A DNA stretch of 64,000 bases from a virus (Duplodnaviria; Caudoviricetes), in IMG/VR virus record IMGVR_UViG_3300035499_000522, positions 72,731-136,730 of that record, one strand, 5' to 3'. A program made the position numbers and the translations under genes. Below, in pieces: positions 24,978-41,400 of the stretch (its first letter is position 1; each line of letters begins with the position of its first letter). Under the pieces are notes generated by a model. It saw only the letters and a program-made list of their open reading frames with translations. It did no database searches and was not told the DNA's origin.

Positions 24978-27900
24978 TTAAATTCCTCCAAATCCTTCTA
25001 ATGACATTACTGTACCATCAGGAAAAGTAATAGCAGTTACTTCTTCATCATCTGTATCTTTATTTTCAACAGTTAATTTATAAACTCTTTCATCAAATTC
25101 TTGTTCTTCTTCTGAACTTGAATCTTCTGTATTTTCATCATCTTCATCCTCAGATTCAGAATTTGTATTATCAGTTTTCTTAGTTGTTATTTTCCAATAC
25201 TCAGTAATAGTATCTTCTTCATCATTAAAAACTATTTTTTCTGGATGTCCATATAGTTCATTAAGCATAGCTTTAAGGCTATTATTATTTGATACTAATC
25301 CAGTCTTTCCAGTAGTATGGTTAGGAGGAAAAATAAAATCTTTACTCTATACCGAAACAGAATCTATCTAAGTGCAATCTGTTCTAATTTCTATTGTTTT
25401 ATTAGTTACTGTATTTCCATCTTTATCAGTTACTACATTTCCATTTTCATCCAATTTATCTTCTTCTGTAGTCTTAGTAGCAGGAAACAATAGATAAGAT
25501 TTATTGTCATTCTACTAAGGCATTAAAGCCATTCCTATTTTACCATTTGCGGCAAATAATAAAGGTTTGGTTCCTTTTGATGATAAGGTTAAAGCACCCT
25601 AAAAGTTAATATTGTCATATGTATAAATAGTGCTATTATATGTATATATATATCCTTCTAATGTCCATTTGTTATTTTCTGCATCAACTGCACTATAAAA
25701 TTTTATCTATCCAGCACCAATTTCAGTTTTTTCAGTAGCAGATTGAGAAATTAAATATCCAGTTGAAGTTCCAGAAGTAGTACCAATATCACTACCTACT
25801 ATTCGTCCATCTGCATATAATACTAAACATCCATCTTTTGCTTTAATTCTATCAGATTCAATATACCAGCCGCCAATAGTACCAGAAGTAGCTGTAATTC
25901 TACCTGTTATTTTTAGTTGACCATTTGAATATCTAATAGAGTTTTCATTATCATCTTCGTCTTTGCCTGAGATAATAAACTATTTCTATGTCATATAGAA
26001 TGTATTATCTTCATTATCTTCATAATCTATTCTAAAACCGTCACCATTAAACTAAACATATACAGTACCAGTTTCTGTAGTATCTCTTGTTCTAAAATTT
26101 CCATTAATATCAGCACCAGAAGCAGTTAATTTACCTTCTGAATCTACTGTAAAATTACCACTACCAAATTTAATTTCTGGAGTGCTAAAATCAATCTACA
26201 TTCCAGAGCCATTAGAACCAGTTTTGTAATTACCTGATTTAATAATAGCTTTATCTTTATTAGGGTCTATAATTATCTAATTAGAATTAGCCAAACCAAA
26301 AGTAGCAGAACCGTCTTCCGCATTTAAAAAGAAACTTCTTTCTCCATTAGCATAAGCGAATAATCCAACTTCTTCTGTATAAGAATTACTTTCTTTTACT
26401 TCACCCATTACTACGCCAGTAAAAGAATTATCTTCATTTTTTACACCTGCACCAACTTGCGGCGATAGGATATATCCTCCCTCTTCGCTAATTTCTACGC
26501 TATTTCCATCCCAGCCATTAATATTTGATAAACCATATCTATTTAAATATAAATGTACTGGTATATGAACAGTACCTATATAACTATCATTTTGAGATAT
26601 AATACAAGTTACTGCATTAGAAATTATTTCACCGCTAATTTTACTTATAGGAGTTACCCAACATCTATGAGGACGCTCTTCGTACTAATCTTCTTCTCTA
26701 ATAGTAAGACATGGAGAATCTATCCAAGTTTCTTCATCTTCATAGTATCCGCCTACAACGTTCCATTCATATGTACATACATCAGTAATATCTGTATTTT
26801 CAGAATTAAATACCTATAATTCAAAAGCCGAAGTGTTATCATAACTAGGGTTTGTTCCATCTGACTGATATATAGCATATTTAAAACCACTATAATCTTT
26901 AATTTTAATATTATAATTTGTTTTGTCTATTAAAATGGTAGCAATAGGCTCAGTTGCATAATAAGTTTTTTTATCATGGGTAACAGTTGCTTTAATTATA
27001 TTTGCTAAATTGTAATTATCATCTGTTTTATTATAGCCAAAAGTATAGGTCAAATCATTTTCTTTATTAAATAATAAATCTATATTTGTATCTTCTGTAA
27101 TTGGAATAGAATCGCCGCTACCATCTCTATAAGAACCGTATTTATTTCTTAAAATTTCCCAACTAAGAGTAAATCCATCTTCTGATTTTGTACTATCAAA
27201 AATTTTTTCACTATTTTCCCATAGCTAAACTCTAAACCATTTATTAAGAACTTGTGGAGTAAAATTTAATTTGCCATTTTTTAAAGTTTTATAATAAACA
27301 GAAGTATCAAGTTTAGTATTTGGAACTATTCTACATACATAATTTGTACCATTAGTGCCAGATTCTCCATCTTTTAAGAAGGTAAAATCAGTAGAAGTTA
27401 TTAACTCATAATCATTATAAGTAACTTTTAATTCTATGTTATTTCTTTGGCTTTTTATGTTATATCTATCAGCAATAGAATAACTTAAAGTAGAACCATT
27501 AAATATATTTACATCATCTATATAATTATAAGATGAATTTCCTAATCCTTCAAGTAAAGTATTATTTGCAGGAACATACCAATGGGCGGAAACATTTAGC
27601 AAGTCTTTACCTTGAATCATTTTTCCTAAGACGTTATCATATATATAATATGTAAGTTCTTCTAATACCATTGGGTTTTCAAATGATTCACTTGTTGGAG
27701 CAATACCATTTTCATTATATTTAAATAATTTAGTACCATTTACAATTACTAAATCATATAAATTAAAGCTTCCATCTTCAAGAGAATTAGTAAGTATTGC
27801 GGAAATTGTACCTATAAAGTCTCCCGTATTCTATTCATAAACACTACATTTTAAAGTAATATAATTTACAATTTCATTTACTTGTACCTAAGTTTTATTA

Positions 27901-29348
27901 GGTTCATCTTCTGATACAGCATTTCTATTCTAAAAGTATCCAGTATTATCAAAAGAAGTCCAAATAAATTTATAATTATCTGTCTCTTGTAATTCATTTG
28001 AAAAATATAAATTACAAGTAATAATTGGCTCTCCCTCATCAAGAGTAAAATCAAAACCAGAATCAGATATTAATTCAAGTTTATATTCAGCATCAAAATT
28101 CTTTATTAAAACAGTAGAAGAAATAATATTACCGTCATATAACGCTACACATTTATAAGTTTTTTCTTCTGTTTTTACATCAGTTCTTTTTACTGTATAT
28201 TGACTTTTTGCTCCTAACCATTCTCTTACAGGCTTACCAATAACATTGCCTTCTTCATCATATTCTGCGGCAATAGTTTTAAAAGAGTTAAGACATTTCC
28301 ATCCAGACCCGCCATAGGAACAATAATCTATACTACTTGTAGTAATATTACCCTATTCTTCAAACCAATAGAAAGAAAGCTTTTGAGAATTTTCATCAAC
28401 AACTTTTCCTTTAACTTTAACTTCTGCCTTTAATATCTTATCTTGAATTGCGGAAGGTGCTTTAAAATACGCACCCCTAGGTGTCGAGATGCTTACACAA
28501 TAAGAATCCAATTCTTCATCAGTTAAATGATTTGCCGCATATAATTTAAATCCCTTAATAAGAATATCATTATCATAATCTTGCCCCGCTTCTCTATCAT
28601 TGGGGAAATCTTTTATAAATAACTAAATTGTTTCTAAAGAAACAAAATTCTATCCGTCTATTTCAAAAAAGCAAAGTTGTTCTGTATCTGAAATTAATTT
28701 ATATGGATTACCTGTAATTTTATCTGCATCTATTACATAGTATCTAATTATTTCATTTTCATTACTATCTAAAAATTTTAATCCAAATATAACACCATAG
28801 TTACCATAACTCTACTACTCTTGCGGCAATTGCGTCCTAAAGGTAGCTCCGCACATTAGATAGTTAGCATTTTTAAGATAAAATTCCAATCCTATTGTAT
28901 CTACTGATAAAAGATTATTATCTGAATTTTTATTATATATTGTTATAGTATTTTTATTTTCATTATTAGAATCATAAGAACAAAAATTATATTCTAAATC
29001 TGCTTCTATACAATTGCTTCCATAAAAATTATATGTATCAGCACCAGTTACTGTACTTATGTAATTAGTACCTAATTTTTTAGTAGTGCCTAAAATAGTT
29101 TTATCTCTTGACATATCATTATTAGGTATAAGCACATATACGCTTGACCCATCTGAATATGTCGTTTCCGCATTATTAGAATAGGCATAAAAAGAACTAT
29201 CCTAATATTTTACCTTATATTTTCCAATAGTTTGGTCTATACAGCTAACAATAGTCGCCTGAATAGTCCTATCAAAATCTGCTTGCGAAATAGCCTATTG
29301 TACGATAATATCAATAGCACTACAAATATTATCTTCAATACTATTCAT
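24978..29348 (-). CDS. large tail tip / central fibre-like protein (~1,456 aa)
   Basis: AAGGAGG SD; fragments 28815-29135, 27225-27671, 26814-27053 and 24978-25268 share one frame. Contains a TGRITATSGTIGGWYI beta-helix-type motif. Lies directly downstream of the tape measure. Confidence 0.75.
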
Positions 29349-29421
29349 ATACAGACCTCCTTTTTCCTCTTTTAAATATAATTAATTTTTTTAATTTGAT
29401 ATTAACTGTATCTACCCAAAT

Positions 29422-29454
29422 AAAAAAGAGGGACTCACCTAAGTGAATCCCTCT
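29422..29454 (-). terminator. Rho-independent terminator after tape measure
   Basis: AGAGGGA.TCAC / GTGA.TCCCTCT stem with a T-run on the minus strand. Confidence 0.7.
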
Positions 29455-29459
29455 AAGTA

Positions 29460-32400
29460 TTATCTCTTTGTATTAAAAGCGTATTGACTTGCACGGTTAA
29501 TTAAGTTATTAAATGCGTCTTGAATTTCATTAGAATTAGTTACATTTGGGAATGTAGCTTCTATTTTAACATTTTGGTCTACCGCAGAAGAACTTGTGCT
29601 TGTGTCTCCAACATTATAATTACTTATAGAACTTAAAGCGTTAAGCATCTAAGAGCCTAAAATACTCTATAATGCTGACATTACTGAACCCATATCTCTA
29701 ACAGTATTAACTGCACTTAAAATATTAGCTGTATCAGCTTTATTAAGAACTAATTCTTTTTCATGAAGCATTGCCATTTTGCCATTGGTACTATTCCAAT
29801 CACCAGTATATCCACCAGTATCATAAGATTCAATTGCACTAACTCCTACATCGTTTTTCTGAACATACCATGTCATAGAGTCATTATCCTATATACCTTT
29901 TACTTTATACCAAACGTCCCCGTCAGCATCCATAGTTACTTTTGATAAAACATCTCTATATTTAGTAACTTTGGCTTTAACTCTATCTTTTGTAGTACCA
30001 TCTTTTTTAACAGTTTTATAACCAATAACGCCTTCTGTTACTTTAACTCTATATTTTTTAGTATCGCTAGAAGAATCATCAGAATCAGAACTAGAGCTTC
30101 CTGAAGAACTACCACCAGAAGTACTTCCAGACGTAGTAGAGGATGATGTATTATCTTCTGCATTAGTAGCACCTGCATTAGCAGATTCCATAGCTGTTGC
30201 CGCACTTACTGCTGCGTCTGCTAACTAATTATAATAATCTGCCGTGTTCTTTAACTATTCAATTAAAGTTGCTAAAGACTTTGCCTATTCTTCATAAGTA
30301 TTGATTAAATCTTCGTTAATATCAATTAATTTCTAAGTTTCTTCAATAGTTGGGTCAATACCGTCATCAACAATAGAATCAAAGTCAACTCCTGCCGCAT
30401 CTTCCAAATCAGATAAAGACTTCTTATAATCGTCAGTTGCAAGACCTAAATCTTCCAATGCCTTTTTACACATTTCCGCCAATCCATCAGAACCAGCAAA
30501 AATATCAATCATTTCTTGAACTCCACTATCCCATTGAGGAATCATATCATTCATTAAAATATTCTTTTCAGCATCAGATAAATTCTAAAAATTCTAAATA
30601 TCAGTATCATAAAGTGATGCTAACATATCAAAAGTAGAAGATTGCAGATTCTGTCTAATAGTTTCGTTATCCGCAACTAAATTATTAATTAAATTACCAT
30701 ACTAAGTTATTAATAACGCTTTCTATTTTTCTCTTTCTTCATCTGATAAAGTAGTATCTGAATAAAGTTCTTTTAATTTATCTTCAAATTCTTGGTATAA
30801 ATCATAAATATCATTTAAATTTTCTTTGTATTTATCTTTATCAAGATTATAAAGATTATTCTAAGCTTCTAATAATTCATTCTAAGCATCACTAATCTTA
30901 TCTTCATCTGCAACATATTGATAAGTATAATTACCCTATGAATCTCGACGTAAACGCATCTGAGATTTATTCTATTGAGCCTCTTCAAGAGCAATCTGCT
31001 TAAGAGCTATTTCATACATCATATTGGCTCTATCAACATCATACTAACTAACATTTTCTTTTTCTTTAAGAATATCAAGCTATTCATTCATTACATCAGT
31101 TAATTTTTGCTGAGCCTTTAAATCAGTAGTATTGTTAATAGATTCCAAAAACTTATTTTGTAAAGTCTGAATCTCATACATTGCATCAATTTTGTCAAGA
31201 TACTAATCTGCATTTTTATTAATTAAATCCCATTCATCGCCTATATATTCAAGTCCTAATCCATTAGTTACTTTATCTTCTAACTCTTGGAATATCTCCT
31301 CAATAGCATTTTGATATTTATCTATCAAAGTTTGAATAGATTCTTCAAGCAAAGAATTTAATTCATCTTGAGCACTTGTATAATTTTCTTTATACTTTTC
31401 CCATGCGTCAGAACCTACTTCAACAGAAGCCATTTTAGATTTCCAATATTCCATTTGCTCTTTAAGGAATGCGGCTTGTGCGTTATTATTTTTCTCTTGC
31501 TGTTCATAATATGTAGCTAATTCTTTATAAGAATCATCGCCTTTAAGAAGTTTAACTAAATTCATATCATGCTCAATTATATCGTTGATTCTTTGATACT
31601 GACTAAGCTAATCAGAAAGTTTATCAGCAATTTTGTCAATCATAGAATCATATGCATCTTCCGCAGATTCTACTAAGTCTTGAAGTGCTTCTGCCTAACT
31701 CATCATTTCTTCACGATATTTAGTTAAATCTGAAAGTGCAGATTCTATATCCTTACCATATAGACTTGAAGTACCAGTAGCATTAATCTGGTTAATCTAA
31801 TCCATAATGGTATACAGATGACTAGAAAGTGCGGAAATGGAATCATAATAAGTATAAGCATCGCTTATCTAACCTACAATAGTTCCATATATATCTTCGT
31901 CTCTTAATCCCTCAAATGCATGGCGTCTCCACTCATTCCATTCTCTTTCGGCATCATTAAGATTAAGTCTAACATCAATTTCCGCATTGAATTTAGCTAC
32001 TAATTTATCTAAAGCTTCTTGTGCGGCATCCTTAATATCTTGCTCCAAATCTGCTTTATCAAATTGTAAATCTAAAATTGAAGAATCTATATCAGTAATT
32101 TGGCTAATAAAATCATTATATTCTTCAATATATTTTTCAAGAGCCTCAACTTTTTCTTCAGCAAGTCCTGCGGAAGCTGCTTGCATTACTATTTCCGCAG
32201 CATTTATAATTAAACCTTCTTCATTTAATTTAATAATACTGCTATCAATACCAAATTCCGTCATAGAGTTCTTTAAGCCTTGAAGGTCTAAAGCTGCTTG
32301 TTCTTTAGCTAATTTCTTTTTCTTTTCATAGGCGGCAATCTCCTAATCAATTAAAGCTTGCTATTGCTTTAAATTAGCGATTAAGTTATTACCAGTAAGT

Positions 32401-35400
32401 TTACTTGACGCTTTTGATAAATTACTAATTTTTCTGGATATTGAATCAATTTCCGCATCTACTTCATCAAACAAATGCTCTTTCTTAAAGGCTTTTGCTA
32501 AATCCATGCTGTCTAATTTATCTTTTGTTTCATCAAGACTATCATTAACATCTTCAATACTACTATCAGTTTCAACAATATTTTTCTTTGCTTGAGGAAT
32601 ATCAGTATATACTAAATTATTAACTTCATCAATAATCCATTTAACTTTTTGGTAAGTTTCAGAATCTATACCTAATTCTTCTGCTTCTGCCGCATTTTTA
32701 AATGTACCATCATCATTTCTTAATTTACTATAGACATCTTCACCAAGTTGGTCTTTAAGTTTATTATCATACCAAGTCTATTGTTTCTGTAAAGATGTTA
32801 ATCTATTGTTCTATAATTCTTTCTATTCTTCTAAAAGTTCTTTCTACTTTTCTAATGACTCAATTGATTTTTCTTCAAGTTCTTGTCTTTTATTTAAAAG
32901 TTCAACTATCTCTGCCGAATCTGATGTAATATCTAAATCATCAATCTTTTTATCAATTCTATCAATTTCTCTATTGTAATTATCAAGTTCTTCATTTACA
33001 ACTTCAAGGTCATTAGAAACTTGCTATAATTGATTATCTAATTTCTCAAGCGGTTGCGTGAAATTTTTATCAACTTCAGCTTCTATAATAGCTTTGTTAT
33101 ATTCGTCTATATCTTTAGTATATTCTATCATATCAGAAGATAAACTTCTTATAGAATCCTAAGTTTCATTATAAGTATCTAAATTATCTTCTATTACTTC
33201 TTTTTGTTCACGCATAGCTTCTAATCTTGCTTTTTGTGCTTGAGCTTCTGCTGAATCTTCATTATTTTTATATTTTTCCTAATAGTCTTTAAGAACAGCA
33301 TTATATTCATCATCAAGCTTCTATTTTACATCAGTAAGATTAGTAATATTTCCATCTTCGTCAAAAATAATACCGAGGTTTTCTTCTTCACCCTAAAGAC
33401 CATATGTAGTATTTTCAAGTTCTTTCTAATAAGTACCTTGGTCTTGTTTCATTGCGTCTAATCTCTTTTGAGTAGCTTCCGCAATTTCCTCAGTTAATTC
33501 TTTTTGCTTTTGAAGATTTTCTATCAAGTCATCGCCAAATAAATTTTCTTGCTAAGCTTGTAAATCAGAAAGTTTATCCTTTAATATATCAATAGCAGTG
33601 TCTAAAGTTTCAAGAGGTTTAGTAAACTTTTCTTCTATTTCGGCATCTTTTATTGCTTTATCAAGTTCTTTTTGCTATTTATTATAGTCATTTACGCTAG
33701 AAGTTAGGCTTCTTAATGAAGTATTAGTTTTAGTATAGGTATCTATTCTATCATCTAATGCATCATTTGCGTCCTTCATATTGCTGAGATTTTCTTTTCC
33801 AGCTGTGGTAGGATTAGCATTATATGCTTCAACTGCTTTATTATACTCATCTTGTTTTTGTTGCTTGATTTCCGCAGCATTAGTAATATTACCTTCGCTA
33901 TCAAAAGTAACTCCCTAATTTTTAAGATACGCTTGTTCAGTTTTTTGACCTGCGGTCATGGCACTTATTTCTTTTTGAGTAGCTTTCGTGATTTCTTCAA
34001 TAGCTTCTTTTTGTTGTTTAAGATTATCTATTAATTCATCACCAAATAAATCATCTTGTGCATCTTGTAAATCAGAAAGCTTGTCTTTTAATACATCAAT
34101 TGCATTATCTAAATCTTCGTATTTATCAATTACAGATTGGTCTAAATCAACAGAACTTGTAGAAGAAGATGATGAGCTTGCATTACTTGCGTTATAAGCG
34201 GCAGAACCTGAATTTGTTTTATTAATAGTTTCGTATTTATAATCTACTATTTTATCTGAATATACAACATTACCATTTCCGTCTACACCAGTAGCCACTT
34301 TAGCAGTTATAGCTGTTCTTTTTATACCTAAACTAGATAATACTTTTTCTACATCTTCGCTAGCTACAACTCCAGCTTTAGCCAAAAGCTAAAGTAAGTC
34401 AGCAATTCCTTCTAGGTTTCCAGTATCTGGATTAATTCTTAAAGTACCTTCTAATATTAAATTTTTATACTATTCTATAAGGGCTTTTGTTTTAGTTTGT
34501 GCGTCATCATCATCAATACCTAAAGTTAAGAAAACTTCTGCATTTTTTACATAATCAGCAAAATAATTAAATTTATCTTGAAGCTTATCAATTGCTTCTC
34601 CGTCACCTTCAACAAGAGAATCAATTAATTCTTGGTTATCAATAACAAACTAATCAGTAATATTATCAACAGAAGTACCTAAAATATCTGCGAGGGCTTC
34701 CTTAGTGCCCTACATAGCCTCAGCATATCCAGATGAGCCTGCACCAGCCGCCAAGTCTACCTTGTATGTACTCCAAGATGAAGAAAGAGTTTTAATACTA
34801 CTATTCATCTTGATATTAGCTAAAGCTAAATCCTCAGCCGCCTACTTATTATTCTTTAAGCTATCATTAGTAGCTTGTAAGCTTTCTACATAACTATCAA
34901 AAGTATCTTTATCATAGCCAAGAGAAGTCAAATCAAGATTTAAAGCATAATCATACCATTCATTATATTCATCTTCCGTAATCTAGCCTGAAAGATACTT
35001 CTAACGTAAATCCGCTAATTCTTTAACGCCATTAATTATTTCTGTATTATGTACTTGCTATAACTATTCATCTTTATTATTATAATCTTCTTGTTTTTGA
35101 AGTGCGGTATTATATACACTTTGTATATAGTCTTCTGCTGTTTTAACTTTGCTTTCGAGGTCTTCAAGTTCTTCTTTTTCACTTTCAGTTAATTCTTCAG
35201 AAGATGATTTCAAACTTAAATAAGTGTATCTACCAATATTGTTTACAAGTTCTTCTACCTAAGACTAATAAAATTCTATATTCGTACCAAGACTTTCAAA
35301 ATCTTCTGCACTTAATTTATCTAATTCTGCTTTTACTTTTCCTATACTAGAAGTATCTACATCAAAATTAAAGCCTTCTTGTTTTAAGCTACCTAATAAT

Positions 35401-38400
35401 TCTTTAGTTTCTTCGACTTTATCATCAACGTTATCAAAAAGTTTAAGAATTTTATCTGTTAAATCCTCAGTACCTATGTACATCCATTTGCCATCAGCTA
35501 ATTGTTTAAACTAATCTTGAAGTTCAGGAGCACTTTCAATTAAGGTTTGATAATCTTCATCTTTAATTTCACTACCAGTTTTTATACCAGATGCAGCGGT
35601 GTATGCAGCGTTTGCCTTTTCTACAGTTTCTGAAATTGTTAAACTTTTATTAACAGCGTTGCTTATTGTTTCATAATAATCTTGCCAAGCTTTAGTATTC
35701 TTTTCAACTTCAATGCCTTGCTCTTCTAATACTGTTTTAAACTATTCCCAAGTACTGAAACCAAAATCAAAATCAGCAATAGCAGAAAGATTTTCTTCTG
35801 TTAAATCTCCTAAATTGTTAAGTACCTTTGTAGCAGAATCTAAACCAGCCTAGCCGCCAAACTAAAAAGCATTTGTAAGAATATCGGCAATTTGCTCTCT
35901 CATATTAAGAGAAGTATCGTCTAAATTCAAATTGTTTAATGCAGTTTTAACAGCAGGAGTAAGTGAATTTTTAAAAGCAGTTTCAAATATTTCTTGTTGT
36001 GAAACGCTATTGTTTACTGCATACATATAGGCTTCAGCAGTTTCAAATCCTAAAGACTTTGCTTCATCAAGTAAACTTGCTTTTTCTTCATCAGAACCTT
36101 TAAGCAAAGTTTCCTGCATTTCTTTCTATATCTCTTTAAAATCGTTAAGTTCGCCCTGTGTTAAAGAACTTAAATCTACTCCGCTTTTTCCTCCAGCAAA
36201 ATCTACTAAATTTTCATTCTTCTCATATATAGTATTAAGGTCTTCAATTATTTTTGCATAATTGCCTTCAGCATTTTCTGATAACTTTTTAATAGCTTCT
36301 TGATTAGCAAGAATTCTAGCCATAGCTTCATCAGAAACGTTCTCTTCACTATACATTTCTGTTTCGCCAGTTTTGTTGTTAATTATTTTAAAGTTGGAGC
36401 CACCAGTCTAGGTTCCTCCGCCGCCTTCTTTAACTGTATAATCACTACCATATAAATCTTGCAAATAATCAGCAAAAGCATCATGTACTGCATCATCATC
36501 GCCTTTATCATATCCAAGATATTTAAGATAATCATCATAACTATCGCCTATTTCATCAAGCTATTTTTGTACTGAATCTCCAAGCATTGTGCTAACAGCT
36601 TCATTATAACTATCAGATTTAGTTTTATCTTCTGTATAGTCATAAATTTCGTTAGCCATTTCCTAAGCATATACAGATTGAGATTCTTCTAAATTGTCTA
36701 TAGAAGCAATTAAATCACTATTACTATTAACTAATTCAGCAATAGCTTCTGTAAGGGTACTTGTTTCTATTGTATAACCATTAATAGTATTTTCTTTTTT
36801 AGATAAATCTATTCCTAACTAATCATATAACGTACTATAACCATCTTTTGCTGACGATATTAAAATTTCTTTAAGATTAGAAGGTAAAATATCCGTTAAA
36901 TAATTACTAGATAGTGTTCCTGATATATCAGTAGTCTAAACAGATATATTTGATTTATTTAAACTATTTTGTAATTCTTTATTAGCTGATTCAATACTAT
37001 AACCTTTATTTACATAGGCAGATGAATAGGTATTTAGCTATGCAGTAGAAACTTTTTTCTACTAAGCTTCTAATAAAGCTTCCTAACCTTCTTCACTAAT
37101 AGTTAATACGCCATTCTAATTAGAAACATACTTAGCTAATTCAGGATAATTTTCTATTAAATCTAAAACTTGTTCATTTAATTCGGTAACCTATTCTTTC
37201 CATTCTTCTGTACCTTTTGTTAAATCTTCAATAGCAGAATAAGCTTCATTATAATCTTCTAAGCTTTCTTTTAATTCTTCATATTCTGATTTTATTTCTT
37301 TTAATATTTCAGCATTTGTATTATAAATTGTATTAGCAGATTTAACAGCTTCTTCAAACCGCTTTGAAGCTTTGTAAGCAACATAAATAGCCGCAGAGAC
37401 AGCAGCTATACCAATTACTACACCACCTGCAATTGTAGCAATTGCTCCTAAAGATGTACCTGCAGCAGCCGCACTTGCTTTTAACGAAGTAAGAGCTGCA
37501 TTTATAGAAGTTATACCAGAAGTAGTAGTTCTACTTGCCTATGATACTACTTCAGTTCCAGACTCAATGGCATTAGCAGCAGATTGTTCACCCGTAGCTG
37601 CCGCTTCAGTTGTTTCTGCAGCTGCTAACTAGGTAGCTGCATTTCTACTTCTATCCATGGCTGCCGCATTAGCATTTTCTACTACCGTACCAGTTACATT
37701 AGTTGTATTTTGTTTATTTTTCTCTTCAATTGCTACTTCTATAGATGCCGCAAAAGCTATAATGTCTTTTTTCGCTTTAAGTATATTGGCAGTAAAAGCA
37801 GATGCATTACCGCTTATTGACAAAATTGTTTTTCCAAGTTTTTGCCAACCACTAAGAGAATTATCACTCCATATATCCTTCATATTTGAAACTAAATTTG
37901 TAACAGAAGTAGCCATTCCAATTAATTCAGTGGTTATACCAACAACAGATTGTGTCATCTACTTAGTAACCTAATCATCTGTTGATTTCTATATACTTTC
38001 TTTTATCTAATCAAATTCATTTTTTGCTTTAACAGCATTTTGGTTTAAATTTGGTAAATCTGTTTCTGATACTTCTTGCATATTTACGCCTAACTATTTT
38101 AAAGTATCGTTAAAATTTTTAAATGCTGTATCAATTGAGTTAGTATTTCCTTCAGAATTAAGTAAAGCTTCATTTAAAGTAGTGAAAGCGTTTTCAATTT
38201 CATTGGTTACGCCATTTGAAAGATTAGCTTTTAAATCATCAAAATTTATTGCCTATTTAAGCTAATTATCTAATTCATTAACGTATTCATTAATATCTCC
38301 ACTAGCAGAAAAATCGTCAAAAGCATTCAACCATTCGTTAAAATCTTCATTTGTATTTATAAATTCTTCTAATGGTTCAATAGCAACGTTATAAGCAGAA

Positions 38401-41400
38401 GATATATATTCTAACTATGCTAAATAATCAGTTGAACTACTAATTATCTAATCAAAAGTTATATCTTGATTATCTAAAGCTTTTTTATAAGTTTCTACTA
38501 CCTAATTTACTTCTTCCTACGATGTGGCATAAGCACTCATCTTACTATTAAGTTCATCCATTCTCTTGCCAAATTCATTAATTTCAGAAGTAGACATAGA
38601 ACTACTAAGTTTAACAAGAACATCTTCTTCTTGCTACAAGAAAGCTAAAGTATTGGGGTCAGTAGAACCAGCTTCCTAAAACTATCTTAATCCTTCTAGT
38701 TTTTGCTACATAGTCGCAACATTCTAATTTGCGGCATCTATATTGTTAGTAATACGAACTACTTCATTGGCAATATCTTCACTAAACATATTAGCAAGAA
38801 GTGGTGCGGCAACCTATAAGATGCCTAAACCGCCGCCCATGGAATCAACAAAGGATTCAATTCCAGTTACTATTGTAGTTAAGCCGTCAGCTACTGTATT
38901 AATTGTATCTGCATCTAAAAGAGAATCAAATACACCTTCTGATGCAGTCTCTAATTGCTGTAAATGTGCGGCAGTAGATTCCATATAGATATCTTGCTGT
39001 TCTTGTAATGTACCTTGAGCATTATTAGCTACCTCTAAAGTGTCTACATACGAATCCCAGTTATCGAACAAAGCAATGAGGTTATTATATTGCATACCAC
39101 ACTATCTTTCGATAGCCATTTAATTGTTGTGGTCTGGACTATACCATACTCTTTTACGAGGAGTTATTATAGTCTCTGAGCGTCTCTCTTAGTTAAGATA
39201 TCTCCAATTAAAACCATGACTAGTACCTTCTCTAGAGCAAGCACCAGATATTAAACTCTAATTAATTTGAGTTTCTCTACTTGCTTCATTAGCTGAACGA
39301 TATATTTTTATTAAATTCATATTTAAATCATACTAACCTACTTGTTTAGCTTTAGAATTGGTTTTTGTTACATAATAACTATGTTTAACATTTTCACTTT
39401 GAGAAATTAATTCTAAATTATCTAAACGATTATTCTATTTATTGCCATCAATATGGTTAATAATCTAAGTTCTATCATCTAAATCAAAATCTTCATTAAA
39501 AACTTTGTATACAAGTCTATGTCCTAAATAAGTTTTTCTTTTGTTTTCAATCATTAATTCATATCGAACATAATCTGTATTTCTCTTTCCTGTTAAAATT
39601 CTATTAGTTCTAATATTTCTTACTCTTCCCATATTAGAAACATAGTACTAAGGATTCGATAATAAAGGCTTCCAAATTTCATTTTCTAAATCCCCAGTGT
39701 AAGGAATAATAGTTAAAGTTTTTTTAGATTTTAATCCAGTTTCAATGGCATGAATCACATTTTCTGATTGAGTACACCATTCAAGATTATCTACATTATT
39801 GTTTAATTTATTACCGTCTTTGTGATTAACAATATTTTTGCTTTCATCATGCTCTGGTAAGAAATATTCAGCTACTAATCTATGTGCCCTAAAAGATTTT
39901 AATTTTCCATTAAGTCGTAAACCATAATCTAGATAACCACTATCAGATATTCTACCTTTATACCATTTATCAGTTTTTTTATTATATAATCTTCCAAAAG
40001 AAGAAATATAATAAGTAGTAGGCTCATTCTCATAATAAATTTGTTTTAATTGTTCTTCCATTGAGGTAATTCTCCTTTATTTTTTTATTTTCAATATAAT
40101 TACAAAATTACCACAATGTCATTATCTTATTTTGTCCTAAGAAATTTCGTTGCGTCTGGTTACCCAATCCTTAGCGATGTTACCATACCTTGGTCGCTAA
40201 CCTCGCCGCTATTATATCACTATAATAGTTTGGTTGCTAAGGCTCTAAGGGCTTTCCCGCAGTTTAAACTCTTTTACACGCGCCACCAAATAGCTAGACG
40301 CGTGCCGGCCATAGTCTAGGCTAGGGAAATCTATTGCTCCCTAGTTAAATCTTCCCACTTGCCGCCAATTTCTTCAATAACTTCGCCCATATCACGAAGT
40401 TTTCCATTTGCGTCAAGAACATTGAAGCCCATTTCAGCCATTGCCCCAGAATAATTACCAAGCGAGACTCCATCTTCATCTATTCCAGCCTCAATATCCG
40501 TCATTCTAGCATAAATCGTCTTCAAGGCTGTACCTACGGATTCTGGAGCCTATCTTGTTACAGAAATAATGGTAGATAATTGAGCAGCAAGCTAATCTTC
40601 TCCAACACCCATAGCCGCAGCAGATGAAGCTACCTTTGACATACCAGTAGAAAGTTCTTCCAAGTCTGATGCGGTAGATGCAGCAACAGCCGCCAATCTA
40701 TCTACATAAAGTTCTGCTTCTTCTGCACTTGCCTAATAACCATTCCATACAGCTGTTAATTGTTCAGATACTTCTGATGTAGACTAGCCAGTAACATTTG
40801 CCGCTTTAAGCGTTACATCAGTTCTGGCTTGTACTTCCTCATCTCCTAAACCCTATTGATAAAAGATAAGTGAAGCATTGGTATAATCAGTAGTACTCTA
40901 GCCTAAAGCTTTAGCCGCCTTATTAGCCTTTTCCGCAAACTTATCCATTTCATCAGCAGAATATCCAGTTACAATACGAATATCATTCAATGAAGAATCT
41001 AAGTTTTTTACATAACCATAAGCTTCCTATACAGAGCCTACTAATTGATTAATAACGCTTGAAGATATATTCCACTTAATAGTATTTTTTAAAGTTGTTC
41101 CTATATCAGATAAAACACTTGAAGTTTCTTTTAATTGCAAATTACTATTTAATACAGTATTAGCAATTCCTCTAAAAGCGTTCTCACCTTGTACTCCTGC
41201 CTAAGAGAACTATGTATATACTGTTTTTAAATCTAAATTAGATTCCTAAAGTTTTGTATTAAAAGTCTATAAATTTACAGTTCCTAATTTTTGATTAAAA
41301 GCAGACTATAAAGCAATTTCAACTGCACCAGCAGTTGTTTTAATCTAACTTAATTGTTTAGCCGCTTGTGAAATACTTGTATTGTTAATTTTAACTAAAT

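Noticed and set aside
17499-29348. Diversity-generating retroelement targeting tail genes
   Set aside because: No reverse transcriptase and no TR/VR pair noticed in the window.
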